Positions 10,801 to 22,412 of a DNA stretch of 64,000 nucleotides are shown here, in pieces. The DNA comes from Haliotis rufescens. Taxonomy: Eukaryota. The DNA lies in NCBI RefSeq assembly GCF_023055435.1, contig NW_025963913.1, positions 3,162,001-3,226,000 on the forward strand. Direction: 5' to 3'. The notes under the pieces are model-generated. The model was given only the letters and a program-made list of their open reading frames with translations, was not told where the DNA came from and ran no database searches. Made by a program: the position numbers and the translations under genes. Numbering within the stretch: the stretch's first letter is position 1; every line of letters starts with the position of its first letter.

Positions 10801-13800
10801 ATACTCACAGTGATGTCATTAGACACACAGTATTGTAATAAGACTCACAGTGATTTCGTCACACCTGCAGTGATGTCATCATATTTGCGGTGATATAATG
10901 AGACTCACAGTACTGGCATAAGACTTGTGGTGATGCCATTATACTTGTGATGATGTCATTAGACTCGCGGTGATGTCATTAGATTCACAGTGATTTCGTT
11001 AGACCTGCAATGATGTCATTAGACTCGCAATGATGTCATCATACTTGCGGTGATATAATGAGACTCACAGTACTGGCATAAGACTTGTGGTGATGCCATT
11101 ATACTTGTGATGATGTCATTAGACTCGCGGTGATGTCATTAGATTCACAGTGATTTCGTTAGACCTGCAGTGATGTCATTAGACTCGCAATGATGTCATC
11201 ATACTTGCGGTGATATAATGAGACTCACAGCACTGGCATAAGACTTGTGGTGATGCCATTATATTTGTAATGATGTCATTAGACTCGCGGTGATGTCATT
11301 AGATTCACAGTGATTTCGTTAGACCTGCAGTGATGTCATTAGACTCGCAATGATGTCATTAAACTTGCGGTGATGTTATTAGGTTCCTCGTTATACTATC
11401 TGAGGCAAGGTACTTTAATCTGGTTTTTAATCTGAGGTTGTAATGGACACCCATTTCACCATATGTAATGATATGACAATTGAAATGCGAGTGGTACGTA
11501 CCGATTCCTTGGGACTTCTAGAAAGGTAATTTCCGTCTTGCAACGAATTGATTCCCTGTTGCTCCTCATTACTAGTATAGTCATTCAGGAGGACCAATAT
11601 TACCAGATATTGTCAGGCATTGTTCCACGATATCAAACAGGCCGCAATGTACATATAAGACGTCATGATATTCGTTGTTACTTCGCACATTCGAAAACCT
11701 TTGTAGGGTGGTAGGATAGCGTAGTGTTAAAGCGTTCGCTCGTCAGGCCGAAGACCCGGGTTCGTTTCCCAACATGGGTACAACGTGTTCAGCCCATTTC
11801 TGGTGTACAGATTACAGGAATTTTATATTGCAGATACACCTCTGGGTCAGGTTCCCGTCCTTGAAATTGATGGGAAACCCTTTAGCCAGAGTAGCGCCAT
11901 ATCCAGATACCTTGCAAGGACATTTGGTGAGTTGAAAATGTGGGTCAGGCCACCTTGAAAGTTATCGATAAAAAAGGCCCTCCAATAGGCCATCCTTTCC
12001 GTAAGAAATGACTGCAGTTATGATTCGTGTGATTTGGTTGAAGAGGGTAAAATACTGCTGACTTCCTTCAGTTGGTTGACGTGCGTATATTTACTGCAGA
12101 TTATTGTGGGAATGTATGTAGAGTTAGGGGTAAATTACTACGTATGGGCAATCCGTTAATCCCGATGTCGTTGAACCAGACGATTTCATTGGGAATGGTA
12201 CTGTCCGGAATATCGAGGTCTCACTGTAATTGATTTTCGGTAGAGAACACATGTATCCTGATACACGTTATACCTGTACTGACACGGAGTGTATCATGTA
12301 ATGTCATCCGTATCAGGCTTCTATGGTAACGGCGATCTGGAAGCTCTAGCAGTGGATCAGGTTCTAGGTGTGGTCCAAGACGTCAACACCTTCATGCGCG
12401 ACTATCACAAGGAGCAAGACGAAGCCAAGAAGGTAAAGTAAACTGAGTGTACTGTATACCGATCGCCGAATCAACTGAAATTACGTCCCTTATTTGTGTC
12501 AGGATCTGCTGAAATCCCTGATTCGCCCTATGTATGATCCTAAGTCTGTCATCATTTTCTCACCACAGACTTTGCTCCGACATCAAGATAACACGCCGTG
12601 ATATGACTGAAGTACTGTCCAAATAAGGGTAAATCCAAACTCACACCGCATAACTGATGCGGCTGCATGGAAGATACCTAATAGAAACTTGAAACCTTTT
12701 AAACCTTTTATATGGGCCTTTGAGATATGATTGTCACAATTTGATCAATTATGGAAAACAATCTGAATCGAACGGTAATGTTCAATCTCAAGCTGCACGT
12801 GAATCCGGCCACAGCACACCCCTCAATGATCAGGGTGGAAGAGATCTAAAGTGCTCATCTTAAACACAGAATATGATCACAAGATGGATCTAGGACTGAA
12901 TGATCAGAGCTCCTGATAACTATTTGAGTAACTGAGTTTTTACTCGAAAGAAGGTTTCTATTTTAATTGGGTTATTACATTTTTCTTTCGGTAGCCTATA
13001 TTTTTTCACATCTATTCATCACTCTGTTGGGTTTTCCAAAAATTAGTAAACATTTTGAGATTACAAAAAAATGAAATGTTTCAGATGTACATGTATATAG
13101 CGGTTCTTAACATTGGCTTAACTCGGAAAGTAAATTAGCTCGTAATTGTGTTTCGGAAAACTAAGTCCACTGTACACATGCTGAAAAAGTTTCATTGGGT
13201 ATTTACGCCTGCTGTTTTTATACATTTGAGTTTTTCAATTAATACATGCGTCTCTGTACGCAAGTTAATTGAAAGTAATTGGGTTTTGAATATTGCTTAT
13301 CTGTAGCTCTGGAATGAGTGAAAGATATAGAGGTTATCACGCGAGTGTGTTTGGGGATGGTAAATATCCTGCATTAGGAATAAACATTGTATTTAGCGAG
13401 CCTTGGCGAGCTAAATACATAGTGTTTATTCCTAATACAGGATATTTACCATCCCCAAACACACAAGCGTGATAACCTCTTTATCATATAATGTCATTCT
13501 TTAATTCTGTGCTTCAAAATCGCTTTCCCTCTCTCACAAACATTACCGAAACATTGCGAGTTTTCCTGGAATGCGCGCATTAATATTTATTACGTCACAG
13601 GGTAAGTGATGTGTCAGTCGGACAGTGACAGTAGCCAATATAGTTCCAACTGAAATCTGTTTCTTATACAGCGGCGAAGCAACATATACGCAAAACAACA
13701 ATTGTTTTTAATTGCCTTTTGCGGCAATCCATCGGTCTGTCCGCTAGAGTAACTGCCCTTTGTCAAAGGGAAGCTACTCTAATCCTAGTCTATGAGACGT

Positions 13801-16800
13801 CACGGCCACGGTCAGACGTTGTTGACAGTCGGTCTGTCCTGTCATAACGATAAGAAATGTACTCAGATGTACACACAGCGACAAAACGAAACAAGGTAAC
13901 AATTCAAACATATTTCCGTCAAATCCAACTATTTTAATTTGTGGAGAAGGTTTCAAGCCGCAGAGGTCTACAAGCACAGATATGGCTACTGATCCCGCTT
14001 CTCCAAAGTTGCCAAAACTTATAAAATGCCTTAGCTGCGTCACAGTTAGACACAGATTTTCAGTATATTAGACTGTTCTTTTGATAATGATAGCAATTAT
14101 CCCTGTAGTTTATCCAGATTCCCGATGGTTAATTCTGACTCGATCGCCGAATGACGAGTGCGACGCCATGTTTGTTTATAAACAGTGAAAGTAGTCCCTA
14201 CTTGACCTTTGATATTTGCATCTCTATCCGCATATGACCCCAACGGATATCGTTTTTATCCGTTGGCTTTATCCTGCCGAGAAACCTACCCATTATATGA
14301 TAAATTACAATATCAAGCCTCAATCAACAATATTCCATCTTTATCCTGGCGACAAACTAAAACATAGGTTGATAGCATGAGCAACAATCAGTGCCCTTAT
14401 GTTACTAGCGGTTGACACAACTAGCCAGATCACTCATTTACACCTCATATAATCTGCCTCTTAACTCTTATGCTAGGGGTATATTCTGACCTGGAATACC
14501 CAGGGGGTAGTGAGTGAAGGATTCAAATGTGATGTCTCATAGTCATAAATTATAGGATGAAAACCACGGCGTGTCAGCTTAATGTGGGAGGAAAGCCCAC
14601 TCCCACTTCGGTGAAACCCACGAGCACGGGTATGGTGCTGACAAACCTAGAAACATAATCGGGGCAAACCGGGATTCGAACCCACAACCATAGGTTTCTG
14701 GCGTGCCCAAGGGACGCAATTCTGCACAGCGAATCGCGACGCCTTAGACGACTGGGCCATTCGTGCCCACTAACTGGTGATGGATTTGAGAGTGTAAGAA
14801 GGGGATCAAAAGATTACACTATAATGCGTGTTCCACTCTTGGTTCTGTAAAAGCAAGTGGGTGTGATTTACGCAGCGTTTAGCAATATTCCACGGCGTAA
14901 CACGGCGGAGGTTCTGTGACGTACAATGTATATATGATATATTACTCATCCTTGAAGAGATCACCTGTTGAATAAAGCTGTAGTACACATTGTTTAATAA
15001 CATCACGTTCACACGAACATTTTTTGGTCGGTCACATGATACAACACATGACTAAACAAAAAGGTAACGTCAAAATGTGGGCGTGATTACAAATACTTTT
15101 TGTTCAGATGAATATACGGACAAAATATATTTATTAATTAGAAGTAATAAACGACAAAAAAAAGTACATATAGGATAGGATAGGATAGGATAAGTTTTAT
15201 TCCATACTGAAAGGCCTCAGGCCCATAGTACAATTCTGTTTTCGGAAGTGGTTACAGATCCGTTTAACAGGTCATATTCTAATTAACATAGCATGATAAA
15301 TGAACATTGATAGATTTTTTAGAGTATCTTTATCAGTTGTTGACATGATCGTTGTAAATCTTTGTATAGTGGGATGTACATAACCAGGCAGATCAATATA
15401 TTTTCTTCTAAGGTGGTCGTATTTTGGACAAACTAACAGAAAATGAAACTCATCTTCAATCACATTTAAATCACATTGCTCACATATTCTCAATTCTCTG
15501 TCTATGTTTCTATGCCTGCCTACTTCGATCCTAAGTCTATGAGAGCTGCATCTAAATTGTGCTAAACTTATTCTAAACCTTTTAAAGTTGATGTCAAACA
15601 AATAGTTTTCTGGGGAAATTGTTGTTTTGAAAAGCTTGTAATAATTGCATTTTTCTGAACTTAAAACATGCGATGCCCATTTTTGCAATTATATATCCTT
15701 AAGTCTTTGGCGTAAAGATACTAAAAATGAATCTGGATTGTTTGGTACACATTGATTACGCCAAACATACCCATAGCCGCAATCATTTAATAACGACTTT
15801 ACATCATTTACCCAATTGCGGCTTCCATGTTTTTCAAACAATAACATCATATTGTAACATTTTCTAGGTAATCTATCAATAGGCATTTTAAGAATCTTGA
15901 ACCAATACTTGAGAATTCTAATATGTTGAAATATGTAAAGTGGTACACGTCCACATTCACCATATACCATAACACTCGATGTAGAGTTTTTTACGCCAAG
16001 GACATATAGCACACGATGACAAAAAGCACACGATGATTCTGTCGTTCAGCATGATCCCACCCCAATGGCAACTGAAGCTATAAAAGTAAATGATTGTGTC
16101 AAAACTGATGGACAGCTGAAGGGACGGGTGCTATCGGTTGTTTAACAGCATGTTCAGCGTTAAAATAGGATGATCGTTCAATGAAAGCAGGTACCTCGCT
16201 ATCGAATGCAATGCATTCCTGAGTCTGTGTCGGTCATGTCACCCCCACCCACCTTTGTTGACAGTGACTACAGTTTGTTTGATCTCTACGAACTACATTA
16301 AGGTGACTTTGCTTATATTGTGCCTGTGCCTCTAAAGGGGCATGAAATACCTGTTCCGCCAACCTAGTGTGACGATTCCGAAATTGCAGATTTCACTGCA
16401 ACAAATAAGAATGTGAACACTTCAGGGAAGGTCAAAAAGGGTGACGGGGCCACAGGTGTAGACAGGCAACTCCAATGTTTTTTAACGTGAAATCAGTTAT
16501 GCACGATACAGAGTTTGCACATGTTAGGAAGGTTCTGAAAACCAAACAAAAAATTGTAAAACAAGAAGGTCGCGGAAACGTGCCTAAGCGTGCTTAGCCG
16601 GTAAATGAGAACGATATGTCAACTTTATGGAAATTCGGCGAATTGGGTCTCGAAGCTCCATGGTTCATTTTGAACACACTTTGGTGGCACAACCCAACAC
16701 TTTGTGGGGCTTCGCAGCAGGACTCCTCACAGATATATGCACTGTGGAGACGTTACATCAGGTGCGTGCAGTTCTCAGAGCGTCAAACCAAAACACGCAC

Positions 16801-18044
16801 TGGTGTAAACATCCGAGATGTTTGGACTGTCACGCCAAAAGCCTGGACAACAGGTGACGATCACTGCCCCGTCCTTGCTTACATGCGCTATGTACATGCT
16901 TTCAGTGGCAATGAAGCGCCATTTTACTTGGCAACAAATTCCCAAATTGCTCCCGCTCTAACACATCCTTGGTTTAAGCGACAACCCGTTGGCATCAACA
17001 AGCTTGGGTCCATAATGAAACGCAGCAAATGCAAAACTTGAAAACACCAAACGGTTGACGAATCATTCTGCCAGAAAGTATCTGGTCCAAACTCTTTCTA
17101 AGAAGAATGTTCCACCTACTCAGATAATTTACTGTTCACAAACTTCTGAAGAGCAGCACAAAAACATCAGTAAATTGATTAACGGGCACAGTGATTCTTG
17201 CATTTCCCAATCACTGTGTTCCGACTTGTCAACAGTCGACCATCTCTGTTCCATCCCAAACCTTCAATGTGACAGCAAGCAAGTCTCTGACACACAGCTC
17301 ATTCTTTGCCGGTACAATCATCAATTCTGAGACAAATGGTTATTGATTTCGAAACGTCACCGCAGTTTCGCACGAAATCCATTAAAGGTTTATGGAAAAT
17401 ATGCGTGTTCGGTTTTTTCTCCATTGGAATTGCTTAATTTCTTAGGTGATAGTTGCACTTGACGATGCCTAATTACATGAGTTTGTATTCATACGCATGA
17501 CCTGATTTGAACGCGGGAGGCGACTTACTGAGTCATTCAGCTGATTTTTACGTAGGTGGCGAGTAATAAATAAAATACTAAACTCGCTCCCGTGTGAGCT
17601 TTAGCTCGTCAGATACCAGAACTATTCACTCGTTTCATAGAATTGGTATTACAGGGTAGCTCATTTAGTATTCTAAATGTATATGGTGACACTACTGTGT
17701 GCAGAGCTTCATCGGTATTATGTGTAACAACTTTATGCTTTCAGGCTGAGTTTCTGAAGGAGGCGAAGGATGTGAAAATACCGCTGTATTTCGGGATGTT
17801 TGAGAAGTTACTGAAGAACAATGGCAGCACTGGGCTTTTTGTTGGCAAGAAGGTAAAACACCTTTACTGCTACAACTATCTTTACATCTTCTACGACTAC
17901 TTTAATACTAAGACTATGATCACTACTACTACGTCTACTACGTCTACTACTACTTCTACTACTACTACTACAACTGCGCCTACTATCACTACTTTTGTTG
18001 CTGCTGCTAATATCACGACGACCACTCTTGGAAATGGAAACTGT

Positions 18045-18094
<50 letters not shown>

Positions 18095-18950
18095 GTGCGC
18101 CTACTATCACTACTGCTACTACTACTACTACTTCTGTAACTGCTACTACTAGTATTACGACCACCACCACTACTACTACTAACACTGCTATTACTACTTC
18201 TACTACTACTGACACTACCACTATCACTTCTACTACTGCTACTTCTTCTATTACTACTACTGCTAATAGATCAATTCCTACAAATCTCACAATTTGAACA
18301 TACAAATAAAAAATTATACTATGCCATGAGTGCAGCCATTTTGTGGATGCTGGGTCATGTCCCGCACGTGCGCGAATCAGAGTTTTCATCTGCATAGCAT
18401 CATAATCTTCTCTGTGACTGTCATATTAGTTACATTGTTGAATCAGTTAATGGGGATAAGGGTCCGTTAACCTGACACCACTTTTCACAGCAATAAATGT
18501 TCTTCAGATCAACTTTAGGGATAATGTTGCTGATTTTCTTAAATATATATTTTAGCACAGTCAATTTGCCCGTCATATAACGATTAAAAAAGCACGCAAT
18601 TAAAACGTAAAAAGATTGTTTTACCACTAACACAAATATGATGATTGTTATCAACGTAAGTGTTGACGATTACACTAATTACATAGAGGCACTGTCTCAG
18701 TTTCACACAAGCCAAGAACGAGCAAAGTTACTCCGTAACATCTTTGATTTCAGTGTTTTTAAGTGGATGTATGAACACTTGTTTTCAGATTAGTATTGCT
18801 GACGTCAGTCTCTTTGATATCTGTGACAAAACCACAGAGGCAATGTTGAAGATGGAAGACTACCCTCTGGTCAAGAAATGCTGTGACAACGTGGCGGCCA
18901 ACCCTAAAATCAAAGCATGGGTTGAGAAACGACCAGTTACAGCATTCTGA
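7852..18950 (+). CDS. Sigma-class GST, gene 2 (type B), 203 aa
   Basis: Exons 7852-7984, 11834-11926, 12317-12432, 17745-17852, 18789-18950; 612 nt open. [160 protein letters not shown]...[10 protein letters not shown]. Confidence 0.92.
8393..8657 (-). mobile_element. Full-length headless retroposon family A
   Basis: 5' AACCCGTGAAGATCCCGGTTAGAATAGGTCTTCAGC..., 3' GCTGGAATATT...TTAAACAACAGACAAAC. Confidence 0.85.
8660..8900 (-). mobile_element. Degenerate mariner transposase fragment
   Basis: Translation [25 protein letters not shown] aligns with the intact element (RFEADPDDFLARFVTMDETWIRHFQP). Confidence 0.75.
9775..11385. repeat. 20-bp minisatellite (CGCAGTGATGTCATTAGACT)n, ~80 units, intron 1 of gene 2
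   Basis: Directly visible; 160-bp higher-order period in the 3' part (TGATATAATG at 10891, 11051, 11211). Confidence 0.95.
11706..11806 (+). mobile_element. tRNA-derived SINE family C (tRNA-Asp-like head), 3'-truncated
   Basis: TAGCGTAGTGTTAAAGCGTTCGCTCGTCA..GGGTTCGTTTCCC; fuller copy at 40407-40568(-), fragments at about 29030-29140, 32372-32417 and 54900-54990. Confidence 0.75.
12905..13311. mobile_element. Non-autonomous DNA transposon with short TIRs
   Basis: TIR CAGAGCTCCTGATAA / TTATCTGTAGCTCTG; possible 7-bp TSD GAATGA(T/G). Confidence 0.6.
13324..14304. mobile_element. Putative non-autonomous Crypton-type element with terminal long hairpin
   Basis: Near-perfect ~80-bp-arm palindrome at 13324-13486; TTTATCATATAATG (13480) is the inverted copy of CATTATATGATAAA (14291). 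The superfamily assignment is inferred. Confidence 0.45.
14565..14770 (-). mobile_element. tRNA-Leu-like SINE family B
   Basis: Same head and body as 5540-5801. Confidence 0.85.
15170..16010 (-). mobile_element. 5'-truncated LINE 3' end (RTE-X/L2-group-like ORF2 C-terminus)
   Basis: In-frame ORFs 15689-16012 and 15272-15688 separated by one stop; [26 protein letters not shown] zinc-knuckle motif; AATAAA then (TATCC)n tail; possible TSD ACATATAG at 15166 and 16002. Confidence 0.85.
16420..17200 (+). mobile_element. Degenerate Crypton tyrosine-recombinase (DUF3504/ZMYM-like) relic
   Basis: Frameshifted motifs [50 protein letters not shown], typical of Crypton-A YR domains. Confidence 0.8.
17870..18265. 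repeat. (ACT)n-rich microsatellite in intron 4 of gene 2
   Basis: Visible; homologous tracts in intron 4 of gene 3 (26570-26740, 27430-27540) and gene 4 (34520-34700, 35050-35210). Confidence 0.9.
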
Positions 18951-19889
18951 TGTGAGACACATGGATATTTCTTCTGAGTACAAGTGGCAAGTACTTGGCA
19001 GAATAATGTTTACAATATATGAACATCAGATGGGTAATTATGATTGTTTTCATCACGATGTAATCCCCGATTTAGTATAGAATATTGTAAAAAATTTTTT
19101 TTACATAAAAAGATTGAGGCGATACTGTATGGGTTTCGTTGGAGATTCAGTTCGAAAGAAAGTATTAGTAAGCAATCTTTCCACATTTGGTTACCGACCA
19201 GGACATCAACTTTGTGTCACAGTGTTTTCATTACAAAAACAATCCGGGCTGGGTAATTTTAGTGGAAACATTAAGCCTCATTCCGATAAGAAAAATAGAT
19301 TTTCAGCTGAACCTTTTATGCGTCTCGACTGCTGCAAGACGGCATCCACCAATGTGAAGGACAGTAAAGTTGCATTTGCCTCGGGCGCCAAGATGCGAGC
19401 TGGTGTTCCCCAAGGTTGTCTTATGTCTCCTGTATTATTCAATCAATACGCACACGACAAAGTCAGGATATAAGAATTACATTTATAGAGGGCATTGAAA
19501 CAATATATTATTTAGGATTTGTATCGGGTGGCCCAGGCGTCTAAGGCTCTACAATTCGCTGTGCAGAGTTGCGTCACTTAGACACGCCAGAAACCAATGA
19601 TTATGGGTTCGAATCCCGACTCCCCATGATTATGAAGCTAGGTTTGTCAACTATACCAGTCCTGTGCTCATGGGCTGTACCAAAGTGGTCAACCTCCGAG
19701 ACCTGCATCACTTCGGTCTTTCCTTAAGATAAAATAATAGAGACTTTTTACGACGGGGTTTTTCATGTTCCAAGCAAGACAAGCCACAGCTAACATCAGA
19801 CTGCGTGAACAAAGCTTGCATGCCTCTGCTCAACACATGTATTTGTTTCCCTCCATGAAATGTCATCTCTCCTCTACAATAAATAAATG

Positions 19890-20152
19890 AGGGCACGGGT
19901 GGCCCACTCGTCTAAAGGCACCGTGATTCGGCATGCAGAGCTGCGTCCCTTGGGTACGCCAGAAGCATATGGCTTTTGGCTCGAATCCTGGTTCGCCCCG
20001 ATTATGCTTTTGGGTTTGTCAGCGCCGTATATATCAGTGCTTGTGGGTTTGACCAAAGTGGTAAACGTCTGAGACCTGCATCACTTCAGGCTTTCCTCTC
20101 ACATTTAGCTGTCATGCAGTTCTGAGCGGCCTTAAATCTAACTCACTCACTC
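19890..20152 (+). mobile_element. tRNA-Leu-like SINE family B (a second partial copy at 19525-19720)
   Basis: Head GGGCACGGGTGGCCCACTCGTCTAAAGGCA, body and CACT tail. Confidence 0.85.
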
Positions 20153-20376
20153 AACAAGAAATACATGTACATGTACCCACAGTAATCTCAGACCCATACA
20201 CACGTGAGGACCAGATCCATAACAAATCCCTTGCATCTATTTCTTATAAGAGGCGACTAAATTGGACTAATTAAGATAAGGGTTGTTGACGTGGTTCTTG
20301 CGTGTCATCGTACCCCGACGGCGAGGGACGTTGCTCACAATATCAACCACTGTTTGTGTGGCGTGAAACCCAGATA

Positions 20377-20730
20377 AATGCCAAGTGGTTGGCCAAACGA
20401 CCGCAAACACCCATGTACAGGGCAGTCAATTACGTATCCTGGACAAAGAACAATAAATAAATTATTTGTTGTATTATATGCAAAGGACAAAGTTGCTAAG
20501 TGGTTCCAACTTATACCGCAGGTTGGAATAAAAGTATGAATTACAACAGTTTTGTTTTAAGTTGTTTTTATTTAGTGCAAGATCATATTTTAATGTGTAT
20601 AAATTTAGGGACCGACCATTTGGTTTTATTGGGAAAGCAATTTCCCCCGAAAATGCTTGAAAGAATTATTTATGTTTCAAATTGTGGAAAAAAAGAAGAA
20701 ATTGTCTGTTGCAAGAGCTGAACCTGTGAA
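20377..20730 (+). pseudogene. Orphan remnant of a type A GST terminal exon plus 3' UTR/flank
   Basis: GCCAAGTGGTTGGCCAAACGACCGCAAACACCCATGTAC = [12 protein letters not shown](Y), matching the ends of genes 1 and 5; downstream sequence aligns with 48140-48750. Confidence 0.8.
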
Positions 20731-20975
20731 GATCCGGGTAAGAGTCAGTCTTCAGCAACCAATGTTTGTTTAAGAAGCTAATATGCTTGTTGTCCGAGGC
20801 GACTAACGGGATCGGGTGGTCAGTCTTGGTTGATGCATGTCCTCGTATCCCAATTGCGATGATCGATGGGCATGATGTCAATCAGTGGATTGTCTGGTCC
20901 AGACTCGGCTATTTACAGACCGACATCATACAGCTGGGATATTGCTGAGTGCGGCGTTAAACAATAAACAAACAG
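20721..20975 (+). mobile_element. Headless retroposon family A
   Basis: Full head, body and CAAA tail. Confidence 0.85.
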
Positions 20976-21367
20976 ATGTAACAAAAGCGATATATCAAAA
21001 GACGTTATAATATGCTACTTGTTGTTGCCGTTGGCATTAAGGAAATAAAACAAGGACTGGTCGGCTCGGAGTCTGTATAATATATCTGAGTTGGGTATCC
21101 ATGTTAAACTGCGACATGGTACATCATTGGCCTAGCACTATAAAACAGGCATTTGTCCTGACTAGTACCATCAGCCACACACGCACGCACGCACGTACGC
21201 ACGCACACACGCACACACACACACATACCTCCCCATTTGTTCACACACTCACTCAAATGAAGAACACAAACATACCAGCACACACAAACTGCCCTTTACT
21301 AGTACAAACTTCACCTTGCCCCACAACATATCTCGGTGACGTACATTCAAACTACGATTGCAAAATA

Positions 21368-21427
21368 GTGACACAGCACTTTCTGTGAACACGATGGTAC
21401 ACATCACAACACAGCCTCAGTATAAAA
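21368..21427 (+). promoter_or_regulatory. ARE (GTGACACAGCA, 21368-21378) and TATA box (TATAAAA, 21421-21427) of gene 3
   Basis: Matches the RTGACnnnGCA consensus; TATA lies 58 nt upstream of the ATG; the same pair occurs in gene 4. Confidence 0.65.
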
Positions 21428-21478
21428 GCCAGCAGTCGAGGAAGGAGGACGTTTTCTACCCGTGCACACACACCAGTC

Positions 21479-22368
21479 ATGCCTACATACAGGTTTCGCT
21501 ACTTCAACGCAAAGGCTTTTGGCGAGGTGTCCCGGCTGCTGTTTGCACTGGCGGGACAGGGTTATGAGGACGCCAGGTTCACCCAGGAGACATGGCCGGC
21601 AGAGAAGCCAAGTTAGTATTTTAAAATGGTTTGGTAAACGGGTATAGGAACATGAGGGTGAGATTATAAATTGTTCATTTGGTCATAATGAAGTAATCAT
21701 TAGATTAACATTTGGCCTCAGAACATTGTATTGTCCTGTACAAACCATATATTTTGTTTCCATATATTCTGAAACGATGATCATTTTTCAAACTACATAT
21801 TATTTTGTCAAGTTACTTCGGTCAATATCTGCATTGCATATTATATTTTATCTTGAGTTTTATCTTGATATATTGTAAAAGAGAGTTGAAGCCCATTCGG
21901 ACGAAAACATCGCTCACCGACATTTTGTTTTTCCGTTCTTTGAGTCTTGGAGGGCAGAACAGCAGATATACCATTGATGGGCGCTATGTTCATCCTGGAA
22001 TATTATAAGAAGTTAATTCTTTTTACAGGCAGTCTGGTCGTGACTCACTACTTCGATTGTTGTGTAGCTTGAGGATGAGATAATATTCAAGCGATATTGA
22101 ACTGATCCCTCTTCTATGTTTGTCATGCAGATGTTTTGTCTTTGGAAATTAGACCCAATACCGCACAATACATTAAAAGAATGAAAAACTTACCCCTGAT
22201 ATTTTGAGGGCCTAATTCAAAGGTTTAATGCACATATGCACTATTTTGCATCAATGTAATCTGTATCGGGAGATAATGAAGACTAATTATTCTCTGGGGT
22301 TGACGTTTTATATTTATGTAGCGACGTACATACACGTGTGTGCGTGCGTGTGTGCGTGCGTGCGTGTG

Positions 22369-22412
<44 letters not shown>

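Noticed and set aside
9775-11385. CRISPR-like array
   Set aside because: Contiguous tandem units with no unique spacers, in a eukaryotic intron with no cas genes.
11706-11775. Genuine tRNA genes here and at SINE B and D heads
   Set aside because: Cloverleaves are degenerate and are attached to repeated SINE bodies and tails.
17643-18395. Poly-Thr/Tyr/Val ORFs (mucin-like)
   Set aside because: (ACT)n microsatellite in intron 4; only 17745-17852 is a real GST exon.
19380-19450. GVPQGCLMSPVLFNQY reverse-transcriptase motif (also near 28645-28700)
   Set aside because: A tiny ancient LINE scrap duplicated with the type B 3' flank; not a gene.
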